Translations under genes and position numbers: made by a program | NCBI GenBank assembly: GCA_029866025.1 | Contig: JARXAD010000011.1 | Location: 24,306 to 88,305 of the forward strand | From: Vampirovibrionales bacterium | GTDB taxonomy: Bacteria; Cyanobacteriota; Vampirovibrionia; Vampirovibrionales; Vampirovibrionaceae | Direction of reading: 5' to 3' | Length of the DNA stretch: 64,000 bases | Part shown: piece after piece, positions 1 through 9,406 of the stretch | How positions within the stretch are numbered: position 1 is the first letter of the stretch | Layout: each line of letters begins with the position of its first letter | Notes under the pieces: model-generated | Database searches by the model: none | What the model was told of the DNA's origin: nothing | Seen by the model: the letters and a program-made list of their open reading frames with translations, nothing else

Positions 1-1179
1 AGACATGAACGTAGCCAAAATCATTGGCACCATGGTTGTCCATGTTTTGGCATGCAACAGGTTCCGGAAAAAACCAGCCTTCGGACCGGGAGACAATAAT
101 CGTTGCACTAAGCGTGTAGGCCTGACATACGTGGCCTCTCCAAACAGGCGCTGGGTGGCTGATTGAATAAAGGCCGGCGTTAGGGTTTTGTTGGTGCCTA
201 ACAAGTGGGCCTGAGTGGGATCTTTAAACAGGACCGGCTCCATCACATGATCCCAGAAGGTCGTCAGATGCCCCACAAACTCACGGGTAAGCCTATCCGA
301 CATGAGTGGCCCACGGGGTCCTTCTCCAATGTGAATGCGTTTGCTCAACAGGCCGGGTAGGTTCTCAGGGTTGCTTAGGCGTTTGGCCATAGTGTTTGTT
401 TTGGCAATGGTGCCGGTTAACTCGTTTAGCAATGCCTCATAAGCGTGGGTGTTTTTTGGATCGTGCAATTTGGCCCGGGCGGCCTCTATTAATCGCTGAG
501 CAACCACATCGGGTTGCTTTAGGCGTCCTTCCATCACCTTTAAATTGAAGCCATGCTCCAAGCTGCTCTGTTTAATTTCTTCGGCAAACCCACTGCCCAC
601 CAAATTGGATTGCACAGTGTTAAACACATGGGTGTAGAACGCATGTTGCAACTCTTGTACGGTTTTGCCGGTGTTTTTTGGAAGCACTTTGCCAAAAGTA
701 TTGGCTAGGTAGGTCAATTCTTGAGCAGGTATGTGGTGCTTCAGCAAATCAACACGCGGGTTATTGGGAAATAAACTATTTTGGAAGGACAATTGGGGTA
801 AGGTACGATTCACCACCTTGCCAACGGCCAAACCCAACCATCCGGACAAGAAGACCAAACTAACCAAGCCCGTAAATTCGCGGATCGCCGTTTCAATGGC
901 CATTTGAGGGCCACGTTCTTTCCACTCCAATGCCGTACGCGGCAGGCACATCCCTAAAAAATCGGTTAAAAACAACTCCCGCATCATGTCTGCTTTGGCC
1001 CACGGGCCGGCGTTGGCAATGGTGTTAATAACGCTTCCCACAAAGCCAAACTGAGGGGCAAGACTTACTCTCACAGCCCTATTGAGCGGGGCTTTTTTAT
1101 CAGCAGCGGAAGACAAAGGGTGTCGACCATACAATGGACCCACAGGGACAGATGCAGCAATGGTTTGAATGAAAACCAC
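1..1179 (-). CDS. Hypothetical membrane-associated protein, partial (open through the window edge, at least 393 aa); not in the ORF track
   Basis: Hand translation: GTG at 1179 directly after an in-frame TAA, no stop down to position 1. VVFIQTIAASVPVG...SLAPQFGFVGSVINTIANAG...TDFLGMCLPRTALEWKERGPQMAIETAIREFTGLVSLVFLSGWLG. Resembles the N-terminal block of 57121..59265. Confidence 0.8.
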   Translation of the reverse strand, partial: MVFIQTIAASVPVGPLYGRHPLSSAADKKAPLNRAVRVSLAPQFGFVGSVINTIANAGPWAKADMMRELFLTDFLGMCLPRTALEWKERGPQMAIETAIREFTGLVSLVFLSGWLGLAVGKVVNRTLPQLSFQNSLFPNNPRVDLLKHHIPAQELTYLANTFGKVLPKNTGKTVQELQHAFYTHVFNTVQSNLVGSGFAEEIKQSSLEHGFNLKVMEGRLKQPDVVAQRLIEAARAKLHDPKNTHAYEALLNELTGTIAKTNTMAKRLSNPENLPGLLSKRIHIGEGPRGPLMSDRLTREFVGHLTTFWDHVMEPVLFKDPTQAHLLGTNKTLTPAFIQSATQRLFGEATYVRPTRLVQRLLSPGPKAGFFRNLLHAKTWTTMVPMILATFMS

Positions 1180-1315
1180 TTAAAAAACGTAAGCCTTTAC
1201 GACGTTGTACGGACGTTATAAGAGAGTGCGGAGATAGCGCCCAAAAAACAAAGGGGGCTAGTAGGTAGATAAACCCCCGTCAAGGTGGGTTTATGCTAAG
1301 GGTGCCGGTTTAGGC

Positions 1316-1333
1316 GTTACAGAGTGTTACAAA
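1316..1333. promoter_or_regulatory. OmpR-type (HLR1/RpaB-like) direct repeat GTTACAGA-GT-GTTACAAA
   Basis: 10-bp-period direct repeat in intergenic DNA ~140 bp upstream of the 1..1179 gene; one mismatch to (G/T)TTACA(T/A)(T/A)-N2-(G/T)TTACA(T/A)(T/A). Confidence 0.45.
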
Positions 1334-1349
1334 AAGCTGCTTACGCAGC
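1331..1349 (-). terminator. Intrinsic terminator downstream of leuA-comEA
   Basis: Minus strand reads GCTGC-GTAA-GCAGC-TTTTT: 5-bp stem, GNRA loop, U-tract. Confidence 0.55.
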
Positions 1350-1620
1350 AGACCCTGTAGAACACGAATAATTGCGACAGGAAGAAGCGTAACAGGAGCG
1401 GGAGCCAAAGCTAGATACTTGGCTGCAAAATGCTAATAATTGAGAGCGATAAGAGAATGCTGTTAGCATAAGGAACGCCTGTCAGGGAATCTCGCAAACA
1501 ACCAAGTATTAACGCAAGGGGAAAACCCAGCGGTTGAACCTTGATAGTGGCCATAGCTTGCCTCAAACACATGATACTTTCAAGTGGTTAGTGTTTCGCT
1601 ACAGTTATTATTTGACACCA

Positions 1621-2142
1621 TTATTGGGCAGGAATGGGCTTGAAGTAAGGCTGGAGAAGGCTTAGTAACTTAGGGCCAACGCCCTTCACCTCATCCAAGG
1701 CTTCAACCGTTTTAAACGCCCCGTGCTGCTTGCGAAAGACCACAATACGCTGAGCCAGCTTAGGGCCAATGTGGGGTAACACTTCCAATTGATGAGCAGA
1801 AGCACGATTAAGATCCACGGACGCCAAAGGCGGTAGAGCCTTTTGGGCAAATTGACCCAACCCTTTTGAATGGTGAGCCCCCTTAAGAAGCTTTTGGGGC
1901 GCTTGAGTGGCTATTGCTTTGGCATACACCGCAGGCGGTATTTCATCTTCTTTAGGCGCCGCGGGTAACCATAATTGTCGTCGACTAATCACCGGTGTCA
2001 CATCCACCACCAGGTCCGGGGTTGGCTGATTGATCCACACCATCACACCTACCAGCAGCAGCACAACCCCTCCCAATAGCCACTCATCCCGCCCAAAGGG
2101 CGGTTTTATTAATGGGTGAACGGGTTTATCACGCGCTGTCAT
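1621..2142 (-). CDS. comEA: ComEA-family helix-hairpin-helix DNA-binding protein
   Basis: N-terminal TM segment, then VDLNRASAHQLEVLPHIGPKLAQRIVVFR..HGAFKTVEALDEVKGVGPK (two HhH motifs). Confidence 0.85.
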   Translation of the reverse strand: MTARDKPVHPLIKPPFGRDEWLLGGVVLLLVGVMVWINQPTPDLVVDVTPVISRRQLWLPAAPKEDEIPPAVYAKAIATQAPQKLLKGAHHSKGLGQFAQKALPPLASVDLNRASAHQLEVLPHIGPKLAQRIVVFRKQHGAFKTVEALDEVKGVGPKLLSLLQPYFKPIPAQ

Positions 2143-2167
2143 TGACTGGCTTTTTAAAATTGAGGAG

Positions 2168-3388
2168 CTACAAACCTACTTGAACGAGGAGTTTTTTGAG
2201 GTCTTCGTCCTCAATGCGCTTTTGGTGGTCAGCCAAGGTCTTAAAGGCCTCAAAAAAAGCCACCATGCCATCATCATTAGGGGTAACACCCAGTTGCAAC
2301 AAGCGAGAGCGCACTGCTGCCCGACCCGAACGAGGGCCTAAGGGTAGTTTACTGCCATTTAAGCCAATCCATTCGGGCTTCATAATTTCATAGGTGTCGC
2401 GGCCCTTTAAAAACCCGTCCTGATGGATACCCGACTCATGGGCAAAGGCGTTGCTACCCACCACGGCTTTGTTGTGTTGCACCGTCATGCTGGTTAAATC
2501 GCTTACCATCTGGCTGGTTTCATAAAAGGCCTCCGTGTGGATTTGGGTCCACAAGTTGCCCAAATACTCGCGACGCACTTTCATGGCCATCACCACTTCC
2601 TCCATGGCAGCGTTGCCAGCGCGTTCGCCAATGCCATTAATGGTGCATTCAATTTGGCGGGCCCCATTTTGAGCCCCCGCCAGACTGTTGGCGGTGGCTA
2701 AGCCTAAATCGTTATGGCAGTGGGTACTAATAATGGCCTGATCGATGTTGGGCACGTTGTTGACGATGCCTTTAATCAAACGACCAAACTCATCGGGAAT
2801 GGTATACCCCACCGTATCGGGGATGTTTACCACGCGGGCACCAGCGTCAATCACGGCCTCTAGCACCTTGTACAGGTAGTAGGGGTCTGTGCGACCTGCG
2901 TCTTCGGCACTAAATTCAATGTCGGCATCGCCATGGCCCACGGTTTTGGCTTTAGCGTACGCCACCATGTCTCGAGCCAAGGTGAGCACTTCATCCCGCG
3001 TTTTTTTAAATTTGGCGGCTATGTGAATATCACTGGTGGCCACAAAGGTGTGAATGCGAGCCTTTTTGGCTACTTTGACGGCATCCCATGCGGCGTCAAT
3101 ATCACGCTCAATGGTACGGCATAAGCCCGTAATACGGGGGGCATTGTCTTGGCCGCCCACTTCGCGGGCAATTTGTTGCACGCTATCAAAATCACCCGCA
3201 CTACTGGCTGGAAAACCCGCTTCCATCACATCCACATTGAGCAACGCCAACTGACGGGCTATGAGAATTTTCTCAGAGGGCTTTAGGGAAGCCCCAGCCG
3301 ATTGCTCCCCATCGCGCAGCGTGGTATCAAAAATTTGGACCTGATTATCAGGCGTTCCCTGGAAGTGATGAGTCGAAGTGGAAGCCAT
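2168..3388 (-). CDS. leuA: 2-isopropylmalate synthase, short form without the C-terminal regulatory domain (~406 aa)
   Basis: [43 protein letters not shown] motifs. Start moved to ATG 3388. Confidence 0.85.
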   Translation of the reverse strand: MASTSTHHFQGTPDNQVQIFDTTLRDGEQSAGASLKPSEKILIARQLALLNVDVMEAGFPASSAGDFDSVQQIAREVGGQDNAPRITGLCRTIERDIDAAWDAVKVAKKARIHTFVATSDIHIAAKFKKTRDEVLTLARDMVAYAKAKTVGHGDADIEFSAEDAGRTDPYYLYKVLEAVIDAGARVVNIPDTVGYTIPDEFGRLIKGIVNNVPNIDQAIISTHCHNDLGLATANSLAGAQNGARQIECTINGIGERAGNAAMEEVVMAMKVRREYLGNLWTQIHTEAFYETSQMVSDLTSMTVQHNKAVVGSNAFAHESGIHQDGFLKGRDTYEIMKPEWIGLNGSKLPLGPRSGRAAVRSRLLQLGVTPNDDGMVAFFEAFKTLADHQKRIEDEDLKKLLVQVGL

Positions 3389-3584
3389 ACGGTAAGTACC
3401 TTCTGTTTGGATTGCTAAGAGAAGCGCTCCCAATGAGGAGCCCCATGGGTATACTGTATCTTAATGGAGACCGGGACCCGATGCGAGAACTCAACGTCAT
3501 TTGCCTCATGATACTTTCGAGAACGTTTGTTAGAGACAAAATTTGTTAGAGAATAAGTGTAACCGTGTTCAGTATGGTGTGGTT

Positions 3585-4091
3585 ATGAGCCCTTGGCGCA
3601 CTTTAGTATTGAGTAACCCTTTTAAGGACCTGTTTGCATTGCTGTGGGTACTCATGTGGGCACTAATAACCCTAACGGCTGGCTCCTTGGCGTGGGCCCA
3701 AGATACCCCCACCAAAGATCTAAAGACCTTACCGCGGTCCATGCGGGATCCTACTCACCCCACTGTTTTGGTGTTTCATGCGCCTTGGTGTGGCACCTGT
3801 AAAAAAATGGCACCCCTGGAAAAAAAACTAGAAAAGCGAACCCATCCAACAGTTCAATGGCGTTGGTTTAACACCGAAGATCCCGCATCGGACAAAATGA
3901 TGAAACGGTTTAACATTCATGTAACCCCCACCTATTTGCTGTTTAATGCCGACGGAAAAGGGGTGTATCGGATGGAAGCCATGATTCGACCAGCAATCCT
4001 TCGACAGGAAGTGCTTCAGCTTCAAGCCAAAGCCATGCCGTCAGGCAGCCCCCCTCTGTCCTCTAAGCAAGGAGGCTCTCGCAAACCATGA
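3585..4091 (+). CDS. Exported or membrane-anchored thioredoxin-like protein
   Basis: Hydrophobic N-terminus, FHAPWCGTC (CxxC), cis-Pro motif VTPTYLLF. Stop overlaps the next start (ATGA). Confidence 0.85.
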   Translation: MSPWRTLVLSNPFKDLFALLWVLMWALITLTAGSLAWAQDTPTKDLKTLPRSMRDPTHPTVLVFHAPWCGTCKKMAPLEKKLEKRTHPTVQWRWFNTEDPASDKMMKRFNIHVTPTYLLFNADGKGVYRMEAMIRPAILRQEVLQLQAKAMPSGSPPLSSKQGGSRKP

Positions 4092-5371
4092 GCCTCTCTT
4101 GGCCCTTTGGCCTTTCTCAAAATCGCTCCTCTTCTACCCTCTATTGCTGGGTTGAAGCTCTACCCACAGCCATTGTGCCTGAAGTTAAAGACGTAGCCAT
4201 TTGGCTGTGGTGTTCAGATCATGCGTCCCTCTACTCGGCTGTGGCCCCGTTGTTATCTTACCAGGCAGACTTAGAAACCCAACTTTTAGAAGGTTTGCAA
4301 CCGCTTGTTGCACAATGGCAAAGCGCCCATGCAAGCAATCATTCGCCGCCTTCCTTTGTCTGGTTGGTTCCGGCTGCTGTGGACCAAACCATGGTGCTAG
4401 CCAAAGGGCTGTTGCCTGAAGAAAAGCTGCTAGCGCTTCAAGCCCAATTGGAAGAACGCTGGGTGTTTCAAAAGGATGCGCCCGCCATTGCCTACCAACC
4501 TGGAAACGATGAAACCACCGCCTTTGAAAAGCCCCTTGTGGCAGCATTGGGAACACGTAGTGTTGCTTTTCTTACCCAAACGGCCGAACAACTGGGGTTT
4601 TCACAATCGCGTATGGTGTGGCAAACGCCGGTGCTATGGCAAGGCCTGCACCAGGTTACAGGCAACGTAAAACGCGGCGTGTGGCTTAGCCGGTTTCAAT
4701 TTGTGGAAATGGGGTGGATGGACGATACCCTTCGTCTTTGGAAGTGTGTGGGACACCCCTACCCCCGGGGCGAAGAGTCGTTGGAAACAGCCGTTGCATC
4801 CTATTGTCAACCCAACCCTGCTTGGGTTTTAAACCAGCACCCCGATATCGACACAGCCCGTTTGTTAGCGGCATTAACCAACGCCACGCCCGAAAGCCCT
4901 TCCGTCGAAACGACCCGCGTACTTACCCCCCAGGGGGACACAGGGATACATTGGGTCCAGAAAGCCGTTGCCAGCCATCCACAGGTGTTAACCCAATGGG
5001 CTTTTAAAATACCCACCTTGCTTGGGTCGCCATCCGCCACACCTAAACAAGGGCTTAGGGTTACCTGGCAATCTCTCTTGGGTAGCGTTTCTGTTATTTC
5101 GTTAGTCTTGGTGTTACTCACAGGCCTAACACTGGCCTGGCAAACCCAACAGCTGGCCCAGCGCCGCCAGGCCATTTCTTCCAAACAATTACTGTTAGCA
5201 CAAGCCGTGACAAGGCATCATCGTCTGCTCAACAATCGCATTATATTAACTTTAAGCAATGGTCCTTTCACACCAACCAAACCATCCACCTCTTTTGCAT
5301 GGCAAGGGCAAGCCTTAAGGCCACAACCGCGTTTGCGACCGTTTTCCAAAACAAAAGGCGGCCACCCATGA
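4088..5371 (+). CDS. Hypothetical bitopic protein, possibly PilM/PilN- or GspL-like
   Basis: 427 aa: large soluble N-terminal part, one TM near the C-terminus (SVSVISLVLVLLTGLTLAW), then a Q-rich helix. ATGA overlaps on both sides. Family call is architectural only. Confidence 0.5.
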   Translation: MSLSWPFGLSQNRSSSTLYCWVEALPTAIVPEVKDVAIWLWCSDHASLYSAVAPLLSYQADLETQLLEGLQPLVAQWQSAHASNHSPPSFVWLVPAAVDQTMVLAKGLLPEEKLLALQAQLEERWVFQKDAPAIAYQPGNDETTAFEKPLVAALGTRSVAFLTQTAEQLGFSQSRMVWQTPVLWQGLHQVTGNVKRGVWLSRFQFVEMGWMDDTLRLWKCVGHPYPRGEESLETAVASYCQPNPAWVLNQHPDIDTARLLAALTNATPESPSVETTRVLTPQGDTGIHWVQKAVASHPQVLTQWAFKIPTLLGSPSATPKQGLRVTWQSLLGSVSVISLVLVLLTGLTLAWQTQQLAQRRQAISSKQLLLAQAVTRHHRLLNNRIILTLSNGPFTPTKPSTSFAWQGQALRPQPRLRPFSKTKGGHP

Positions 5372-5904
5372 GTCAGGGCTTCTCGTTGTTTTTTACGGCT
5401 TTAAAGTCTTCTTTTTCGCGATGGCGAGATGCATTGGCACTAACCACCTTATGGGTATTGGCTTTGGGGGTTGTGTTTTTAACGTGGTTACAACCGTTGT
5501 GGCACAGCTACCAACACATGGCACAGCAACAACAAAAGGACCAACAGCAGTACCAGGAATTGCAATTATTAACAGCCTTTTTACCCCCCGAGCCCCAAGG
5601 AGTTAAAAGCACGTTTCCCACATTGGCACCCAAGCATCCTGATCCACCCGTGTTGGCTGCCATTAACAGTACAACCCACCGTTTTACAAAGGTATCCGGT
5701 GGGTGTGGGGCCCTTCATCATGGATTTACCCTGGGTTGGCAAGAGTGTCAGTGGGCCTTTACAGGCAATAAGGTTACCACTGCAACCTTCATGAACCAAT
5801 TGGCCCAACAACCGGCGTGGATTATGACCCAAGCGCGAGTGATGCCACAAGGCAAAGAATGGAAGCTTTCCATTGCAGGCATCGCCCTATCCACCTTGCC
5901 ATGA
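5368..5904 (+). CDS. Hypothetical bitopic protein, possibly PilO/GspM-like
   Basis: Start moved to ATG 5368 (ATGA overlap). N-terminal TM, Q-rich coiled coil, C-terminal AFTGNKVTTATFMNQLAQQP segment similar to the PilO/GspM fold. Confidence 0.5.
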   Translation: MSQGFSLFFTALKSSFSRWRDALALTTLWVLALGVVFLTWLQPLWHSYQHMAQQQQKDQQQYQELQLLTAFLPPEPQGVKSTFPTLAPKHPDPPVLAAINSTTHRFTKVSGGCGALHHGFTLGWQECQWAFTGNKVTTATFMNQLAQQPAWIMTQARVMPQGKEWKLSIAGIALSTLP

Positions 5905-6986
5905 GAGAGCTACAACCCAACGCCTATCGTAAACGCCCATTGCGCATCGTGCTATTGGGCTTTGGCCCGTTGGCATTCAGTGTTCTAAAAGGCTTGTTGG
6001 CTGGCCCCGAAAACGCGACGGTGGTGGGCGTGGTGGCATGGTCTCAGGTAAAGGATTCTGAGTATAACGATGAGGGCGATACGGCGTTTCTTTCGCTAGC
6101 CCGTAGCAAAGGCCTTTTGCTCAATGGTTCTTTAACAGAATTAGAGAATGAGGCGTGGTCGGCCAACCATCCAAATTTTCATGATTGGGTGCAGCAAAAC
6201 GCCATTGATGTGGTGTGGGTCGCCTCATGGGGTCAAAAGCTTTCAGGGCAAACACTGGCTTTGTCTACACAGCCAGCTGGACCGGTGTTTTTAAACACTC
6301 ATCCGTCGCTGCTACCGATGCATAAAGGCCCTAACCCTTATGTGGCCGCCATTATGGCTTGCAAAAGCGAGTCTGGTGTCACTTTTCATCTGATGGATGA
6401 AGACTATGACACGGGGGCCGTTGTGTTTCAAAGCCGCGTCCCCATATTGCTTAGTGATAGTGGGGGGACGTTGCGCGATCGGATTGCTGAAGCCACTGAA
6501 ACCATGATCCCTAAGGTACTAACGGCATTGCAAACCAAGGTTGCCCAACCCCAACAAGGAAAAGGCTCCTACGAGTCGTCTATTCAACTATCCGATGCCG
6601 CCATTCGTTGGGAATCCGAAGCCTCCGATGCCATTGTAAGGCGTGCCAGAGCCTATACGCCCTGGATTACCCCTTACTGTGTGGGAATTGTAAAGCCCTT
6701 TGGCATGAGTGTACTGCTGGTATTTAAAGCGATTATCAGCCTGCCAAACCATGTGGGGGCGTCGTCATTACCGGTGCAAGGCGGAAAGATCGAAGCGGTG
6801 GCTCAACCCCATGTGATTATTCAAGCCAGTGATGGGGTCTGGCTTCATTGTTCCCTTAGCTATTGGTATTGGGGCCCGTGGCGCCTGCCTCGCGTGTTGC
6901 TTCCCATGCTAATGCCATTGGTATTGCCCGTGGGCGCCTTGGTACACAGTGGGTTGACCCCGAAAGAAGACATTACTTCTGAATAA
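5901..6986 (+). CDS. Formyltransferase (Fmt/ArnA/PurN superfamily)
   Basis: FLNTHPSLLPMHKGPNP and SGVTFHLMDEDYDTGAVV catalytic motifs. Start moved to ATG 5901 (ATGA overlap). Confidence 0.85.
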   Translation: MRELQPNAYRKRPLRIVLLGFGPLAFSVLKGLLAGPENATVVGVVAWSQVKDSEYNDEGDTAFLSLARSKGLLLNGSLTELENEAWSANHPNFHDWVQQNAIDVVWVASWGQKLSGQTLALSTQPAGPVFLNTHPSLLPMHKGPNPYVAAIMACKSESGVTFHLMDEDYDTGAVVFQSRVPILLSDSGGTLRDRIAEATETMIPKVLTALQTKVAQPQQGKGSYESSIQLSDAAIRWESEASDAIVRRARAYTPWITPYCVGIVKPFGMSVLLVFKAIISLPNHVGASSLPVQGGKIEAVAQPHVIIQASDGVWLHCSLSYWYWGPWRLPRVLLPMLMPLVLPVGALVHSGLTPKEDITSE

Positions 6987-9375
6987 TATCCAGTTCTGGC
7001 AGCAAATGGCGCGACACGTTCTCATCGCGCTCGGCTTTGTTTTCGTCCAGCGTGGTTTCCAACTTGCTACGGATTGGAGCCCATTCACCATCGGCCACCA
7101 CATCGGATGGGGTTTTGCTAATCACTTCCGGTTGAATAATCACAATCATTTCATTTTTGTTGTTGTTACGATTTTGATTGCGGAAAAAGGCTCCCAACAC
7201 CGGCACGTTGCCCAATCCAGGGAAACGACTATTCACGCGAATATCTTCATTGTTAAACAGCCCCGCCAATACCAAGCGCTCTTTATTAGCCATTTCCAGT
7301 GTGGTTTGCATACGGCGGGTACGGAAGCCAGGAATATTGAGTCCTCCCGCATCCACAAACAGGGTGGTATCCACGGTGCTCACTTCGGGGGCTACTTGCA
7401 GGTGAATCCGATCCCCTTCCAACACGGTGGGTACTAGGTTGAGGCGAATCCCAAACTCTTTAAATTCCACGCTAATCTGGCCATTCAGTAAGCTTACGGG
7501 CACAGGCACTTCACCCCCTGCCAAAAAGCTGGCCTTTTCACCACTCAGCATAGTTAAAGTGGGTTCGGCTAAGGACCGCACCTGGCGTTTTTCCACCAAA
7601 GCGCTGATGTAAGCGCTAGCCTTATCTCCCAGTGTAAAGAACTGGGTTGCGCCCGTTCCTAATGTCTGGCTTAGGCCTTGACTGTTGGTTATGGCGTTAC
7701 CGGCAGCCACGGCTAAACTAGAGGTTCCACTGGCGGTAGAGACGGCTCTGCTAGCCCCTTGGCGACCACTGAGATTACCAAAGCCTGTGTTACCAACCAC
7801 GCCTTGTAGGGTAGCCCCCAGTTGGTTAAGATCGTTACGACTAATTTCCAAAAACTGGATGGTGCAGCGCACCTGAGGACGATCGCTCACCACTAGCATA
7901 CTCACCACATTGCCACTGGCGTCCGTCACAATAGACCCTTGCAAAATGTTGGCCGCCATATTGGAAGAAAATTCGGTGCCGCTTTGAAATGCGGTGCTGG
8001 TTTCGCCCACCACGCCATTACCACCGGGGCCCGTAATAACCTTTAGCCCTGGCTGGCCATAAAAAATGCTGGCCGTATTAATGGCACGAGAGACCAACTC
8101 TGCCGAGGGAACATTCCCGGTAAGAATGGCTTTTTCACTGCTGTTTAGCCCAGGTACAAGATCCAAATGAATGTTGGCATGGAGATCGTGAAGCTTTTGG
8201 CGCACTTGCGAGAGCTTTGTGGATGGCATTCCCAAAACCCGAATGAGGTTAATAACGTGAGGCCCTTGCTGTGTAGACGACCCACTAGTGGATGGGGGTG
8301 CGCTGCCCGTTGTTGAATCGGACGATGAAGGCGTTGCAGGGGAACTAGCCCCTGCTTGTTGTTGAGTGCCCATAAAGGATTGAGCCAGTTCCACGGCCAG
8401 CTGGGCGGCTTCGGGGGCGGCCACATCACCCGTAAGTACCAGTGATTGGGGGCTGAGGGCGTTGACTTGCACCTTTAAACTGGGGGCAATGCGCTCCAGC
8501 TGGTGCTGCAAAATGCTAACGTCAGGCTGAACAACGATATCCACCAGTTGTTGTGTGTTACCGCCACCACCTTTTGAGACGGGCCATAAAATAAGGTTGG
8601 CCGACCCCAGTGATTTACCAATGAGTTGAATTTGTTGGGGGGTAATCACCACCGCTTGGGCAATATGAGAAGCGCTAATGCTAACGCGCGAAACGGGCTC
8701 TGTCAGATTAAGAATAAGGGATTTCCCCAAGGTAAGCTCTACTTGCGTGTTGGTGGCCGATACAATGGATCGTAACAACGGGTTGTACCCTGTGGAAGGT
8801 TGAATAGCCAACGCTGGCTTAAAAGAAGGGGGAAAAGCTGGGCTTAAAGAGAGTGGGGGTGACGTAAAGGATGAAGGCATGGCCATGTACGAAGATCCAT
8901 GTGACACTTCATCGCTTAAAAAAGGATGCGGCGCTGCGGGCGATGTTACAGACAGCGCAGGAGACACCAAACTTTTAACCACAGCCTCCGCCGGTGGTGT
9001 CTCAATAACCGTGGTGCTTGTTACAGTGGTTTTGGACTCCCTTACGGCCTCTGCAACTTCCGGAGTCTTTGAAGTGAAAAAATCCAAAATAGAGCCGGTT
9101 TTATCGGGCAAAACAAAGGGGGTGCCTACTGGAGGGGCAGTTTTTAAGACGGTGGTAGAGACAACCTGGGTTTCTTTCACCGTGGTTTTTAGGGTAGCGG
9201 CTGCTTTGGGTGCTGTTTTTAGCTTTGCAGGCAACATCTTACCACTGGCTACCGTCGTTTTTTTAGCAGGCGCTGGTGTTTTAGGAGGAGTGGCTGCCAT
9301 ACCCATTGCTATTGTGCCTAGCAAAACGAGTACCGTTAAAGCAGTGCTGGTGTGATGAGTGAATCGCATGGACAC
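6973..9375 (-). CDS. cpaC: Flp/Tad pilus secretin, CpaC/RcpA family
   Basis: Signal peptide, long P/T/K/S-rich linker, pil_N domain (LTLGKSLILNL...IGKSLGSANLILW), secretin motifs SGEKASFLAGGEVPVP, FKEFGIRL, PGLGNVPVLGAFFR. Confidence 0.9.
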   Translation of the reverse strand: MSMRFTHHTSTALTVLVLLGTIAMGMAATPPKTPAPAKKTTVASGKMLPAKLKTAPKAAATLKTTVKETQVVSTTVLKTAPPVGTPFVLPDKTGSILDFFTSKTPEVAEAVRESKTTVTSTTVIETPPAEAVVKSLVSPALSVTSPAAPHPFLSDEVSHGSSYMAMPSSFTSPPLSLSPAFPPSFKPALAIQPSTGYNPLLRSIVSATNTQVELTLGKSLILNLTEPVSRVSISASHIAQAVVITPQQIQLIGKSLGSANLILWPVSKGGGGNTQQLVDIVVQPDVSILQHQLERIAPSLKVQVNALSPQSLVLTGDVAAPEAAQLAVELAQSFMGTQQQAGASSPATPSSSDSTTGSAPPSTSGSSTQQGPHVINLIRVLGMPSTKLSQVRQKLHDLHANIHLDLVPGLNSSEKAILTGNVPSAELVSRAINTASIFYGQPGLKVITGPGGNGVVGETSTAFQSGTEFSSNMAANILQGSIVTDASGNVVSMLVVSDRPQVRCTIQFLEISRNDLNQLGATLQGVVGNTGFGNLSGRQGASRAVSTASGTSSLAVAAGNAITNSQGLSQTLGTGATQFFTLGDKASAYISALVEKRQVRSLAEPTLTMLSGEKASFLAGGEVPVPVSLLNGQISVEFKEFGIRLNLVPTVLEGDRIHLQVAPEVSTVDTTLFVDAGGLNIPGFRTRRMQTTLEMANKERLVLAGLFNNEDIRVNSRFPGLGNVPVLGAFFRNQNRNNNKNEMIVIIQPEVISKTPSDVVADGEWAPIRSKLETTLDENKAERDENVSRHLLPELDIIQK

Positions 9376-9406
9376 GAGGATTCCTTTTTATAACGCGTGG
9401 TAGCGC

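Noticed and set aside
1341-1400. tmRNA tag-like ending (...GCT GCG TAA in a hairpin loop)
   Set aside because: No tRNA-like 5' or 3' domains nearby; the hairpin plus U-tract is better explained as a terminator.
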